Shown here: piece after piece, positions 54,201-64,000 of the stretch
Numbering within the stretch: the stretch's first letter is position 1
Layout: every line of letters begins with the position of its first letter
From: Bugula neritina
Lineage: Eukaryota > Animalia > Bryozoa
NCBI GenBank assembly: GCA_964035545.1
Contig: OZ037769.1
Coordinates: 5,995,929-6,059,928, forward strand
Direction of reading: 5' to 3'
Length of the DNA: 64,000 nucleotides
Program-made: the position numbers and the translations under genes
The notes under the pieces: model-generated
The model's database searches: none
Seen by the model: only the letters and a program-made list of their open reading frames with translations
Told to the model about the DNA's origin: nothing

Positions 54201-57200
54201 GCACGGACAGCTGCAAACAGATCAAATAAGCAAAAACATAAAAAATAACTATATACAATTGGAATTGAGTGTGAACCTTGAAGGGTAAAAGTATACCGTT
54301 TTTATTGATAAGACATGATAAAGTCAATGAGTTATTCTACAGATGTCAAATCAAATCTACACTCGACCGAAAAGAAAAATGCAATAGAACTTTGCCGAGG
54401 AGATTTTTCAGATACACCACAGTATATTTGCGCTAAATTATAGAAGTCTCAAATAACCATGAGTCCGAACACAACATAATGCTAATCTAAACAAGCTTAG
54501 GAAAACACACAAATAGTGAAATTGGACATCGAAAAGAATCATAATAAAATATATTTGGAAAGTATCGAGTAGCATATCTTGCTGATCACCAAATGAACAG
54601 GATACATAAAGAATGCATGAGTCGTTTATTGCTAAAACAAATTCAGTTATTGGTTGTTATTTTAGCTGTCAGTTATAAAAGCTTTTCATTTAAAAACTGC
54701 ATTGTATTCATGTTACCTGTTGCATAATAATTAAAAGTCAACAGGTTAGAGCTATTGATAGAATGAACTTGAATAAGTCAATCAGTGCAGGCTGTACAAT
54801 TACAATAAGCTGTAAAACTGCTGAACAACGTGACAATGGGATGTATGCAGTGATAACGCCTAATGCTAATGAATAGCAATTTGTCTGGAAGGCAATTGAA
54901 TTATTAAACATCTGAAGCTCATTGTTTCAACTTCTAGCAAGTCAAATAAAATAAACCAAACCTCATTTAGAACACTGGCTGCACACGGAACAATGTCTTG
55001 AAAATATGCAGACCAAGTTTCATATAATGTATAAAACAGTACATGTTTGTTACATTATTTCAAAGATAATTTGCCTGTAGCAATATTCACGGTGTCTTTA
55101 ATTTCAAATTTGAAAAACTAAATGTTTAGTTAAAAGGCCAATCATTAAATTCTAGGTTGTTAAGGTGAAAGCACATCTCATATAAAGAAACAATTTCCCT
55201 TTACATCAAGTATCTGGGCTTGTATGAAAAAGACTGAGGTCCAAAAAAGAGCAGCAGCAGTGTTAGTTAGTATCCTTCCCTGTAAAAATATACATGGCTC
55301 TGTAGTTCCAATAAATATGGCTTTTATTTGTTTTTGAATACAGCATATGATAATACAGTGTTCCTTCCATTTCTCATGAGAAGGGCTTGGACCCCCGTTT
55401 TGTGGCTTATGTATGTGTATAGGAACAAAATGGTCGAATGTATCGGACCCGTGAGTTGAATCTGGTATTATACTATGTTACTAATTGAGGTTTCGGGACC
55501 TGCAGCTTGTAGAGAGAACACTGTACAACTTATTTATTGATAATGAAAAATATCAAAACCTATTCATTTCCCTTTAATAAACTAAATAACACGAAAAGTG
55601 ACATACGAGGCGTTTCTGCTCCTTCCCGAGCCTCCTGTATAGCCTGAAGTTGCACTTCCCTTTCATATAACTCTTTGGTTAGCTCCACCAGAAGTTCTCC
55701 CATGATACTCTTGAGGTACGAGTAGCTATGTCTGTACCCGCCCCCTACACGAATGTATTTGTGGGCCTCACACCTTTTGTGAGGGACTCTAAGCATGCAT
55801 CTGATGCACTCTTCAGGTCCCAACTAAAACATACAGTATTTAGTAGATGAAATTATGTAGGTCTACGGGTGGCTAATTAGCTCAAACAGAAGCTATAACT
55901 TTTAATCCGCTACCCGATCAAGACATCACGGTGAAAGATGAACAAAGGTGAACAAAAGCTATGGTCTTTGAAAAGCATCAATGCAAAAGTCTATATTTCT
56001 ATTAACATTTGAGCACCAGTAAATAACAGTAATATATGTATAGCGTTTTGTCTCATACCTAAATTCTAAACTGAAAACTAAAACATAAGCTATGCAAAAA
56101 TATCATATTTAAGCAGAAACCCATTGAGTTTGGCCAACTATGAAATATTGTCTGGTCAGAAAAACAACTTTGTTACAAAAAAACCCATTCCAGCTATTAA
56201 AAATTATTTACAAAATTAAATTCAAAATGCTTGATGGACATCATATTTCAAATTATTTCATAATATTTTTCTTTTTGTAAAAAGATGTATTTTGCTTGCA
56301 GATTCGACTTTCAAATGTCATAAATCGAAGCAAATACAAAGTGAAGAAGCCAACTTGTGTGAACTAAGCATTAGAAAATTTACTCTATAATAAAAATTAC
56401 GCAGCCATTTCAATAAATAATAATCACCAACCTTGCCGGCTCCATGGGCTGAATTCAGCTGCGCAAACTGCTCCAGAAACTAAAAGACATAAAGTTTTAG
56501 CGACACCACAAATGAGAGAAAACGGAAAACAATGAGGTTTTTTATTTGAATAGTCCAAAACCCAACAATAGTGTTTGAAATACTGCCATAGAATGACGTA
56601 ATATATGTCAACATGTTTACTAACAACAGTTTGCACCGCAACCAAGAAAAAACGGCTCCTTCAGCCATCATTAATTTTTTGAATAAGACAAACATATTTG
56701 ACTAGGAGGCAGTTTAACTAGTGCATTGTGTATGCAAAACTAAGGAAAATACAATATGGTAATTTTCAAAAGTTACTTGGAATTGAAGTGATTTTCCAGT
56801 CATAATACATAAAATATTCAACGTAATAAAGAAGATTTAAACAATCAACCAGCAGCATAATATTATATTTTCCATAATATTGACTCAAATTTTACATATT
56901 AAATTGCTCACCCAAACTTTATAAGTATAATAATGTATAAAAGTGATTCATCTACTATTTCAAGTAACATTTGTTATCTCTAATGTAAAACTATGAATTT
57001 TAAATTGAATCATTATGATACTTTGGGTTTTACGAATATTAACGTTCTTTTTAGGAAGCTACCCATATAAAATTTAAAAATAAAGGTAGACAAGACTGTT
57101 GTTCAGCTGTACATAAATTCTGGTAGTGACAAGCAACTTTAAGAACTAGAATTACAAGTTCTTAAGTAAAAATGTACAAAGTCATGGCATATTGACTTGA

Positions 57201-57807
57201 AATATTGGTGAAAAATGGGAACCTGATTAAACAACTAAAATAAAACTAGGAACACTCTACTGAGCCAATTTCTTACAGGTTCCTAACAACATCTAAAAGT
57301 TATTCTACGAAGCATTGAGAGTTTAATTGATCAAAGAGCCCATTTGGAAATAGTACTGTATATCATTTAGTTATAAAGTATATAGATGTACTCACATGAT
57401 CAGCAATGAGTGGCAGAGTGAGGACAGTGGTAGGCCTTCTAGGGGTGGCCCCTCTAGACCCCCGACCTAAAATTCAACGTACAACAAACACCATTGATAA
57501 ATACTTAGTCTACATAAAATTTTTCAACATCTATAAATAGATTTAAAAACTTGATGAAGCAAACTTGCTATCAAATTCTATTAGAATCTATTAAATACCA
57601 TACACTCCTACACTGTAGATGATCTAAAAGGATCATCTTTATTAAATATATACAGGAGGTGAATAAAACAAAAGACAAACCTCTGTTGAACGTAGTGTCA
57701 GATCTACGAAGGTTTGCCTCAGCACAAGTCTCGGGACGGTTCCTATGACCAAGAGTTGGATCAAAGGCTGAGGCGCCAAGCCGCGGCAGTCGATCAAAAT
57801 CTGCCAT
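33294..57807 (-). CDS. Large uncharacterised protein (~1435 aa, 29 exons): N-terminal Cys/His motif, 4x RTKSG repeat, 3x SAGGT repeat, K/D/E/G-rich disordered middle, C-terminal degenerate EF-hand (calmodulin-like) domain
   Basis: Exons 5' to 3': 57807-57681, 57466-57396, 56479-56432, 55823-55607, 54210-54029, 53658-53461, 52537-52421, 52109-51966, 51597-51408, 51259-51184, 50901-50780, 50025-49872, 49097-48915, 48230-48045, 47368-47256, 47081-46922, 46568-46404, 46235-46044, 45187-45120, 40282-40193, 39879-39788, 38974-38780, 38262-38086, 37471-37387, 36484-36246, 35649-35489, 35061-34845, 34498-34221, 33354-33294. All introns are GT-AG with matching phases; the total is 4308 nt (divisible by 3), from MADFDRLPRLG to PPGAPRYF*. 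EF-like helix-loop-helix segments include YARAFVVEDQKKTGIVSYQDARVAL and YVMKILDVQPHDHLSFRMF. A few junctions have plausible alternatives. Confidence 0.85.
36504..36564. repeat. 16-bp tandem repeat, ~4 copies (ctagatgcagacgtta)
   Basis: Read directly; lies ~20 nt from the acceptor at 36485. Confidence 0.9.
37479..37630. repeat. AT-rich minisatellite (tacaacaaatatt core, ~6 copies)
   Basis: Read directly; begins a few nt from the acceptor at 37472. Confidence 0.85.
39972..40106 (+). repeat. Dispersed ~130-bp repeat, copy 1 (unclassified TE fragment)
   Basis: caggtcccaaaacctcaat...aataccagattcaactca...tatacacacatacataagccacagaatgggggttcaag matches the reverse complement of 55373-55502. Confidence 0.7.
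42111..42265 (-). mobile_element. tRNA-derived SINE copy, 5'-eroded
   Basis: Colinear with 47732-47890 (tccctgtgagaaacccctga...gctaaggact...gcaattatga..gatgctcttcc..catcacc.atgg...gaacccat). Confidence 0.75.
42787..42878 (+). promoter_or_regulatory. TATA box, initiator and putative non-coding first exon of the nested gene
   Basis: TATATAA at 42787. An Inr-like TCATT has its A at 42818, 31 nt downstream, the canonical spacing. A consensus donor GTGAGT follows at 42879. Confidence 0.55.
43529..44748 (+). CDS. Nested intronic antisense gene, 104-aa protein with two His/Cys (HF-x3-C...C-x-CK) repeats
   Basis: Exon 43527-43662 (acceptor ttatag, ATG at 43529 in context aaATGG, donor GA|GTAAAT, phase 2) joins exon 44568-44748 (strong acceptor ctttctatttcag, TGA at 44746-44748). 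AATAAA follows at ~44785 and ~44862. Protein: MAGANRGIAFNDYEDHPDFLGPSKMKKSKKIEGPHFDSGCYYKPEHYANGEFYLVRRCLCKKFNEEEERHFNDNCHYKRYKDVYSTEIYLMLKCYCKESESQLA. It lies in the 40283-45119 intron of the minus-strand host gene. Confidence 0.75.
46561..46670. repeat. ~30-bp degenerate tandem repeat, ~4 copies, duplicating a splice acceptor
   Basis: gttatcgctatagcaac-like units; the minus strand reads tgttgctatag|cgataac repeatedly. Confidence 0.75.
47384..47670. repeat. ~21-bp minisatellite (tgacatcataatacagtgtaa)
   Basis: About 13 degenerate copies next to the acceptor at 47369. Confidence 0.9.
47732..47922 (-). mobile_element. Near full-length tRNA(Thr)-like SINE, ~190 bp
   Basis: Minus strand GGGAGTAGCCGTGGTCTAGGGGTTAAGTGTTTGGCTTAGTAAACCTGAAGTTATGGGTTCAAAACCCAGCAGAGACC has an A-box, a TAGTAA anticodon-loop remnant as in tRNA-Thr(AGT), and a B-box. 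It is followed by a non-tRNA core and tail shared with two other copies. Confidence 0.8.
48851..48932. repeat. 27-bp tandem repeat x3 duplicating a splice donor
   Basis: Minus strand (GTGCTCATAGTTACTACAG|GTTAGTAG)x3; translates as AHSYYRLVG x3. Confidence 0.9.
49163..49320. mobile_element. MITE, ~158 bp, ~38-bp imperfect TIRs, flanked by TA
   Basis: TA|ggagcagtaatggagaaattgagatagcctaagttct ... agaacacaggcttttctcaatttctccattactgcacc|TA. Confidence 0.75.
50170..50370. repeat. Low-complexity (tagca/tagta)n repeat
   Basis: Pentamer-like periodicity; accounts for spurious ORF 50161-50352. Confidence 0.85.
52561..53001. repeat. 31-bp minisatellite x14 with higher-order variant pattern
   Basis: Unit ctgtgacacttttactatatagatagctgag with tail variants gatagctgag, gggagttgag and gatagttgaa. 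Confidence 0.95.
55373..55502 (-). repeat. Dispersed ~130-bp repeat, copy 2
   Basis: Inverted, diverged copy of 39972-40106. Confidence 0.7.
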
Positions 57808-58803
57808 TTTATTTCAAATCATTTAATCTAATAGTTTTATTTCATAACTGGGACACAGTATAGCTTATCCTGTGTAACTCAAATTAAAGTCCCTTGGTTT
57901 CTGTACTACATATCCATGTTAGCAACAGCGAAACGGGTAGGTGTATGTAACACTATTGTTTCAACAACTTGATAAATGGGTTTCACTGACTGTGTTCTTT
58001 CAAGTCTTTTGTTTTAAGAGAAAAACGCAACACACACTGATTAAACACAATGCTGTTGTTGTGTAATTTATAGAATTCAAACTATTGAAAGGCACTATGA
58101 AAACATGATCGCTTAGACATGATTGAAACAATTATATCACCAAATCAGTGCGTATCAATGCAGTTACATAGGTTAATATAATTGATAGACAATGAAGTGT
58201 ATTATTAATTTCAAGGCAATAAACAAAATTTAAGTGTAGTTGTAATGTACCGGGATAAGTGTAGGCTAATTTTTGTAACCTCCATACAACTGTGGGGAGT
58301 AGGTTAAGCAACCCTTAAATAATGTCATTAAATGCTAAGTAAAAGGTATACACACTGTGTACCGCTACTGGATACTACTGATATAAAAAAAACAACTATT
58401 GAGCTCTGGTGGATTTTATAAAACTTTTATTTGGTGGATAATTTACAAAAATAACCTCTCAATGTACATTGTCCTTTCTATCGATTGGAAATCATCATAC
58501 AAGGCACAACGCCATGGCACACATGCCACAAAATTAATAACAGTTTCGTGTGAATCTTAAGCTCACACAAGCAAACAAATTCATAAATGTCTTTGAAACA
58601 TACCAGCCAATTCTGTGAGCCTAGTTTTCAGTGGCACTAGGTTTAGCTAGTCAAACAACGTCCAAAATACCAAATAATGTAAAAATCTCAAACATTAAAA
58701 AAATTTCCTTTTCAACATAATATACAGCATGTAGACGTGGAGTGGGAGTTGTCAACCTTTAGTCTGTAAAACTAATTGTTAGAGTTGTACCTCTAGTATC
58801 AGG

Positions 58804-61800
58804 TTATGACATTAGACCTGTACCTCTAAACCCTTCTTCCATAACCCCCTGTTGCAGCAGAGCAAGTTCTAAGTGACCCTCATCATACGTCTCCCCCTAA
58901 ATGAAAAACAGAGCTAAGGCTATGTATGGCAAACAGGTGACAACATCTTAACACTGTAATTTTTTACACGTGAATTGCTGTATTTCGGCTAACTTAGTGA
59001 ATGAAAACAGAATGAAGTCAATTTATCACCAAAGCAATATTTCACAAATAATGGTTACTGAACATACGAGAGGGGCAGCAAACAAATACAGCTCCCTGTC
59101 AGCAACGCTGCAAGTTTTCACTAAATAACAGACAACTCTACAGTTCTAAATAAAACATCATTGCATAGAAGCCATTTACAAGAAGTGCTAACAACCTGAG
59201 TTTTCATTGTCTCATTTTATCAAAAGTCAGTGAGCATATCAAGTCTAAATATAAAATATTCCTGCATCCAAGCAAGCAGAATGAAAAAGCAGTAAATGAA
59301 TATTTGGAAAAAATTAAATTGAGCTTTTAAGATAATTTGAGTTCTTTCAACTAATAAAATGCTAGTCAATGATAATGAACATTAAAAAGTGGAAAACTTA
59401 AAAATACAATTGCAAAGCACAATACTGCACATTCAAATATTTGAAGAAAAACTAGTCAAAAAATATATATCAAGCGTTCTTAAAATGTTAGCATGGTTTC
59501 ACAAGCACTGTTGGAGTCAATTTGGATTTTAAAATGGTTAAATATTTGAGGTTAGGTTATCTGCATAAACAGCTCAGGCAGTTGCCCGATACACGAAAAT
59601 TTCAGAACTTTCCACATGAGTGTAAAGATGCAAAAATTTGCAAATATAATGCCAAGTTTTCGACAACCACATACATACAATAATATGTTGCTTACAACAT
59701 GTTATAGAGGGCACAGCAAGCTGAGGTATGATATCAAATAGGGCTGCAAAGGTATTGCTAAAATGTGGCCAGCTTAGTACTTTTAATATTGATATCTTCA
59801 GAAGTCCCAATACCTTCCCAGCACTAACATGACCACCAAACCTGTACTGCAGTTACTACAGTTGCAGCATTTACACCAACAATTTATACATCAATATCTA
59901 CACTGAGCACAAATAGTGGACATCAGCGGTTCATATCTGGTGTACCTTTAGCAAGAGAAGACAACCTGGGTAGAGTTTCAGTTCTGTCAGACTCATATCG
60001 TCTCCCTCCAACTTCCTACCATCTAATGTCAATATCTGGTCGAATGGTGCAATGGCAAATAACTTGACCAGCTAAAACAGGATACACAGACATGATAACA
60101 GATCATTGTGGATTCATCAATTGTTTACATAGAGAAGTGACTTCAGATAAAGACAGCTTTAAATGCCATGAGCAACTTATTCAACAATAGTGACAGCTGA
60201 AAAGTTAGCAAACACAGTCCCAATATTAGTTTATATCTCGGTATACAGATAGATGAGTGGTTTGTTTCCAGGATTCATCATTTAGCCAAAATTTAGGGCG
60301 TTCCAGGAAACACCAGTTACGACACAAAAGTCAATTTAACAATTTATTATTATCCTACTATTTTCAGTATTTTGAAAGTTAAAAGAGTTGTGGGAAACAT
60401 TCAAACAATGCGACACAACATGTCCTGATGGTACCAATGAATCACACTTTCATAACTTATCACATGTGCCAGCTGACTCTTATACATAAACTATAGATTG
60501 TGTTTCGCACACATATTTTGACATGTTTAACCTACCTCAAGGCTAAATATTAAGTTACCTACAACAGGTGGGTATGTCACACTAGCTATGTATGTATACA
60601 CAAAATATACTAGATACATGTATATATTATTTATAATGTATGTACTATATACACTAAATACATTTCTACACTAAATATATATTTAGTGTATACATATAGT
60701 TAGTATATATAGTATATATACATGTATTTAGTATATACTAAATACATGTATATTCTATAAATACTAAATATATGTATATAGTATATAAACTGAATACATG
60801 TATGTACTATAAATACTAAATACACATATACACTACAGAGTACACATAATATATAGACGTACATTACTCTGATAGAGATATAATAAACAGACACAAGAAG
60901 CGTAACCCACCTCAACTCTAAGATCTTTCAGGGTCATTCTAGAAGAAACCTTCAAGTGCTTGTCTCCACGTACATGCTTCCTTCTAGCGGACTTCCTGTG
61001 TGACACCAGAGAGCCTGTGACAGCAGGTGCTCCCAGTGCTCTGCTGGTCTGTCCACACTGGGTGAGATCAAGTTTTGGCTTCTTGCACTCGGAATGGATC
61101 TACATTGTAAGGTAGAAAGAGTGAGCTGGTTGCTTCTTACAACTTATACAGTCAGAACAACTTTTATTCAAATGCCACAACACATTACCAACCACCTCTT
61201 AGAATTTAGTGCTATTCAGTGCTCATTGTATAACTAGCCTAAGCAAAAAAGTGTATAACATTTAATTTTATCTGAATTAAAAAATTACTGTAGAGTATAT
61301 GTATAGTATATGTAGAGTGTATGTAGAGTATATGTATAGTATATGTAGAGTGTGTGTGTATATTGTGTGTAGAGTGTACGTAGAGCATATGTAGAGTGTG
61401 TGTATAGTGTGTGTATAGTGTGTGTAGAGTGTATGTAGAGTGTGTGTAGAGTGTGTGTAGAGTGTATGCAGAGTCTATATAGGGCATATTTAGAGTGTAT
61501 GTAAAGTGTGTAAAGTGTACGTAGAGTGTGTACACTGTACACAGAACGTATGTAGAGTAAATGTATGCTATATGTAGATTGTACAGTATTACTGAGTAGA
61601 GCATCTAGCAAACCTCCTCCTCTGAAGTAGGCGTGTCCTCCGTGTTGTTAGGAGTTTTGCTCTCCTTGCTGTCCTCTTCCAGCAGCCTCACATATATTCT
61701 CTCATTCTCAAACACATGAGACTCGAGCTCTACAGACAGCAGTCTTGAGTGTAAGCATCCAGGACACATGTCTACAGTATAGCATGTGTATGCATAGAGT

Positions 61801-63977
61801 ATAGCATGTGTATGCATAGAGTATAGCATGTGTATGCATAGAGTATAGCATGTGTATGCATAGAGTATAGCATGTGTATGCATAGAGTATAGCATGTGTA
61901 TACATAGAGTATAGCATGTGTATGCATAGAGTATAGCATGTGTATGCATAGAGTATAGCATGTGTATGCATAGAGTATAGCATGTGTATGCATAGAGTAT
62001 AGCATGTGTATACATAGAGTATAGCATACATGTGTATACATGGAGCATAACGTTATGCTATAGGAGCAACTTATACCACAGTTCTAAACTCAATACCTGG
62101 TGGAAAAAACAGCACAATTTCTGCCAAGCTACCTTTTTCGAAAACTCTGAGAGTGAAAAGTGAGAGACTAAGTTAACTAGTGTAGGCAGCTTAGAGCCAT
62201 AATGAAAACATGTTTTGCAGCTTCCTCTTTCTACCTGGTGTATATAATCACCTACCTAGTATATCATGGTACAATATCTACCTACATACCTACCTAGTAC
62301 ATATATTCACCTACCTATTACATATATTCACCTACCTGGTACATATAATCACCTACCTATTACATATAATCACCTACCTAGTACATCTAATCACCTACTT
62401 GGTATATATATTCACCTACCTAGTGCATATATTCACCTACCTAGTACATATACTAATCACCTACCTAGTGTATACAAACATCTACCTGTCACATATAATC
62501 ACCTACCTGGTACATATATTCACCTACCTGGTACATATAACAACATACTTAGTACATATACTAATCACCTACCTATTACATACAATCACCTACCTGGTAC
62601 AGTGACATAAGGAGTGTCATTCTCCTTCCCTGCTGCCTTCACTTGTATCACCATACTGCAGGGGAAGTGGGAAGAAAGGACATCCCACTCATACGGCCAC
62701 AGTAGTATAATACTGCTCTCATCGGACGGACTAACACACAGTTTATCATGTGGGCACAGCAAAGTAGAGTTTTCTATACTGGCTAAAGTTGACGATAGTG
62801 GGTTTCTACAAATTCATTACTAATAAGATTAAATCAGTGTGTGAGTAGTTTTAAGCTATATAGGTTGTCTAAAATCTAACAATTGTTTCATACCGGAAAG
62901 CTTCAGATATGCTAAATCTATTGCACTTAAGTGTGTGGTGTGCGTGTTTGTGTGTGTGTGTGCGAGTGTGTGTATGTATATGTGTGTGCGTGCGTGCGTG
63001 TGTGTGTGTGTGTTCGTGTCTGGGTGTGCCTGTGTGTGTTTGTTTATTTACTTCTCTTGCACAAAGCAAAATATAAAATAGCTTTATAGTTAGCTTTACT
63101 TTTAGTACTGAGAAAACACACAACTACAGTAAAGGGAGATAAACATTAAATCATACAATGCTTGCGACAAGTGACTTTGCAAATACAAAGGGAACAAAGT
63201 GTACAATACAGCTAAGAAGCATCACGACTTTAGATTGTGTGAGATTCAATAAATTGCTCAGCTCAGGGTAGAATATGTCTAACTCAAGGATAAATACAGG
63301 AACAGCCAACCTGAGAAAGGCTTTCCACTGTTTATACGAAGCAGAGCTCAGACAGTAGACAGTGTCAGTAGTCAGCGAGCCTACGATTGGACGGTTACGT
63401 AATGACGCAAGGTCGGACAGCAGCTGCCGCTCCTCCTTCACCAGAGTTTTGCGCTGATCTTCTATTTCTACAAGCCTCTGATTATCTCCCTGCAAAGGTT
63501 AACAAATAAAACTTGCTTTAGTCTGGTCCTTGTGTTCAGGCATATTCTCTATTCCTACAGAACTAGGTATGTCTTCATCCACACTGCTTTTCCATGGCCT
63601 AGAATGGATCCATATGGATGCTCATAGGATGGATTTGTGGTTGCGGTTTGCATTAACTTATGGTTTCCAAATATCGAATAAAAAAATTTATTTTTGTTCA
63701 ATGCGAAGCAATGGAAATGCAGTGCTAGACCAGATCATGTTGCTATGGCTACACAATACACAACACATCTAGATTGACAATATACTCCTAGATTGACCCT
63801 ACCCTATGACCTACACACACATGACCTACATATTATGACTTAGCACACTCACCAAGCACTGTGCACACTTGGGGTCCAGCGATGTGAAGCTAATAGCATC
63901 AGGAAAATACTCTAGAAAGATGTCCCAGACTGACTGAGGAACCAGCTGCCTGTGCTTGTCCGCCGTGTCCAGACAAC
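58804..63977 (-). CDS. USP48: Ubiquitin carboxyl-terminal hydrolase 48, 3' part (DUSP region and C-terminal ubiquitin-like domain); 5' part lies beyond the window
   Basis: Exons 63977-63853, 63489-63311, 62805-62594, 61771-61614, 61099-60911, 60071-59946, 58896-58804 with consistent phases. The C-terminus RRKHVRGDKHLKVSSRMTLKDLRVELVKLFAIAPFDQILTLDGRKLEGDDMSLTELKLYPGCLLLLK...EEGFRGTGLMS* matches the USP48 Ubl and terminal EEGFKGTGL motif as I recall them. DUSP-like KQWKAFLRNP...IENSTLLCPH and EWDVL are also present. Confidence 0.92.
60590..60860. repeat. AT-rich low-complexity repeat (tatatactaaatacatg-like)
   Basis: Read directly, in a USP48 intron. Confidence 0.75.
61288..61545. repeat. Degenerate ~11-bp repeat (gtagagtgtgt)n
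   Basis: Read directly; accounts for spurious H/T/Y-rich ORFs. Confidence 0.85.
61776..62040. repeat. 22-bp minisatellite, ~11-12 copies (agtatagcatgtgtatgcatag)
   Basis: Near-perfect copies starting at the acceptor of USP48 exon 61771. Confidence 0.95.
62230..62600. repeat. ~21-bp minisatellite (cacctacctagtacatatatt) containing repeated donor-like AG|GTAGGT
   Basis: About 17 degenerate copies running into the donor of USP48 exon 62805-62594. Confidence 0.9.
62930..63040. repeat. Imperfect (TG)n microsatellite
   Basis: Read directly. Confidence 0.9.
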
Positions 63978-64000
63978 CTGTAACACCAAACACAGTAACG

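Noticed and set aside
55205-55279. Extra exon of the large gene (tttacag|ggaagg...gat|gtaaag)
   Set aside because: In the required phase 1 it hits TAA after five codons, and the flanking exons join in phase without it.
61239-62610. Long ORFs rich in H/Y/T/C in several frames
   Set aside because: They are translations of tandem repeats in USP48 introns. Only 61771-61614 and the end of exon 62805-62594 are real coding sequence.

Overview
AT-rich, intron-rich eukaryotic DNA, probably from an invertebrate animal (inference); not prokaryotic. Most ORFs in the supplied track are spurious or are single exons. I assembled four genes by hand from GT-AG splice sites with consistent phases. (1) A minus-strand type I membrane protein with a chitin-binding type-2 (peritrophin-A/CBM14-like) domain, ~1515-8732. 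(2) A 29-exon, ~1435-aa minus-strand protein with two unfamiliar internal repeat families and a degenerate EF-hand C-terminus, 33294-57807. (3) A small 104-aa plus-strand gene nested in an intron of gene 2, absent from the ORF track and made of two His/Cys repeats, 43529-44748. (4) The 3' part of a USP48 orthologue on the minus strand, 58804 to the window end. Just upstream of gene 1 is a nested DNA-transposon complex. A decayed ISL2EU (PIF/Harbinger/IS5-like) element with ~1.07-kb inverted arms sits inside the terminal repeat of a small MITE, and the AT target duplication can be reconstructed. The window also holds tRNA-derived SINE copies, another MITE, and many minisatellites next to splice sites. 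I found no assignable gene in 13.6-33.2 kb. All coordinates were read by eye and no database searches were run.
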